A stretch of 64,000 nt of DNA from Glaucostegus cemiculus. Its lineage: Eukaryota. The notes under the pieces were generated by a model. The model did not search any database, was not told where the DNA came from, and saw only the letters and a list, made by a program, of their open reading frames with translations. Numbering within the stretch: the first letter of the stretch is position 1; each line of letters opens with the position of its first letter. The stretch lies in assembly GCA_976551045.1 (NCBI GenBank), contig CDPCPM010000106.1:22444001-22508000 (forward strand). Reading direction: 5' to 3'. Position numbers and translations under genes: made by a program. This document shows positions 62,978 to 64,000 of this stretch, piece by piece.

Positions 62978-63683
62978 GTGGGTTGTGCAGTTATATGTGA
63001 TTTTCTAGAAAAAATCAGTATGTTCACTTAAAAGGGCTAAATATTTAAACTATAAAATGACAATCATTATGAAGTGTATACGTTTGACCTTCTGTATGTC
63101 CAAAAGAAAAGTATTTTAGTTGAACGTCAAAGTTACTTTTAGTTAGAGCATTATTTAAAAGTTATTTAAAGTTTTAGAGCATTAAAGGCTTAAGTACTAT
63201 TAAGTATTAACAACATTAAAGAAGGATCACCTAAATCCCAGGATTTAGGAAAATGTAAGAGAGTATTCCTGGACATAATATTTTAATATTTGCCTCAAAA
63301 AACATCGCAATGTACAGTTGTGTAATATGAGTACTTAATTAAATATTTGTCCCATAATTAATACTGATTCTGTGACTTTGCTTTAAAAATGCAGAATTGA
63401 ATTTCTTAAACAGTGAACTGATTGTGAATTTGAAAAACTTCCTTGAGCATATTTTTTTGTGTTCAATTCAGTAAAATTTAGCTTTAAATCAAGTAGCATA
63501 AAACATACTGTGCTTTTAACAGGATTCTGGGAAAATAATTTATTTTTGGACACATTTATTTGACGGTGATGAAATTGATGTAAGGTGTGCCTTTGTGCTA
63601 TGGTTTAACAGTCTTTTCTTGAATCCAATGTACGTTTTTTTTTCTTTAACAAGTATTGTGCTGTTACTTATTCAATATTTCAG

Positions 63684-63827
63684 GAATTTATGAAGAAAGT
63701 GGAGGAGAAGCGTGTAGATGTAAATAAGGCAGCGGGCATGGGAGAAGCCATATTAGCTGTGTGCCACCCAGACTGTGTTACCACTGTCAAACATTGGATC
63801 ACAATCATCCGAGCCCGCTTTGAAGAA
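63684..63827 (+). CDS. MACF1: MACF1 exon ([10 protein letters not shown]...[11 protein letters not shown]), phase 0-0
   Basis: atttcag| and |gtaagt, 144 nt. The gene continues beyond the window. Confidence 0.96.
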
Positions 63828-64000
63828 GTAAGTGGGAGTAACGCAGCAGTTCAGAGTAGTGACAAGAAGCTTTATTACATAAAATGTGATAAAGATACTT
63901 AAGCTTAAATGGACTATTTGTCACAATGCCAGTTGTACAGATTTAAATACCTGCAGGGCATTTCTTCCAATATGCCTTTCTAACAAAGGATGGACTTATT

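Noticed and set aside
13782-63827. Assignment of the exons to dystonin (DST/BPAG1) instead of MACF1
   Set aside because: Peptides such as GEEV..IQEKLDGIK, AFSIDIIRHKDS and [19 protein letters not shown], plus the nested KIAA0754-like exon, fit MACF1 as I recall it. A BLAST search would confirm.
5925-63828. Minor-spliceosome (U12) introns
   Set aside because: Several donors begin GTAT but none has the GTATCCTT consensus.
596-63902. Remaining short ORFs of 60-150 aa in the supplied track
   Set aside because: They are exon read-throughs into introns, transposon remnants or chance frames, many starting at GTG/TTG codons that are not meaningful starts in a vertebrate.

Overview
Eukaryotic, intron-rich vertebrate DNA. 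The repeat content (V-SINE/HE1-like SINEs, CR1/HER1-like LINE tails, short palindromic repeats) suggests a cartilaginous fish; this is inference. The whole window lies inside the spectraplakin gene MACF1 on the + strand. I traced 31 GT-AG exons between 13782 and 63827 that splice into one open frame of 5076 nt (1692 aa) of spectrin-repeat rod, including a 9-nt microexon. Upstream is a 3.66-kb single-exon ORF (2292-5951, 1219 aa) whose N-terminus I recognise as KIAA0754, the gene nested in mammalian MACF1. This exon appears to have two outputs. It can read through to its own stop and a nearby AATAAA, or splice at a phase-0 donor (5924/5925) in frame onto the MACF1 rod, giving a predicted myristoylated isoform without the actin-binding and plakin domains. 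The ORF also carries two arrays of degenerate acidic repeats. The introns hold decayed CR1, L2 and RTE fragments, a young Rex1/Babar fragment, two inverted V-SINE copies and a family of fold-back elements with degenerate hammerhead-like cores. No prokaryotic features or CRISPR arrays are present. Homology calls are from recall, not database searches, and transposon boundaries are approximate.
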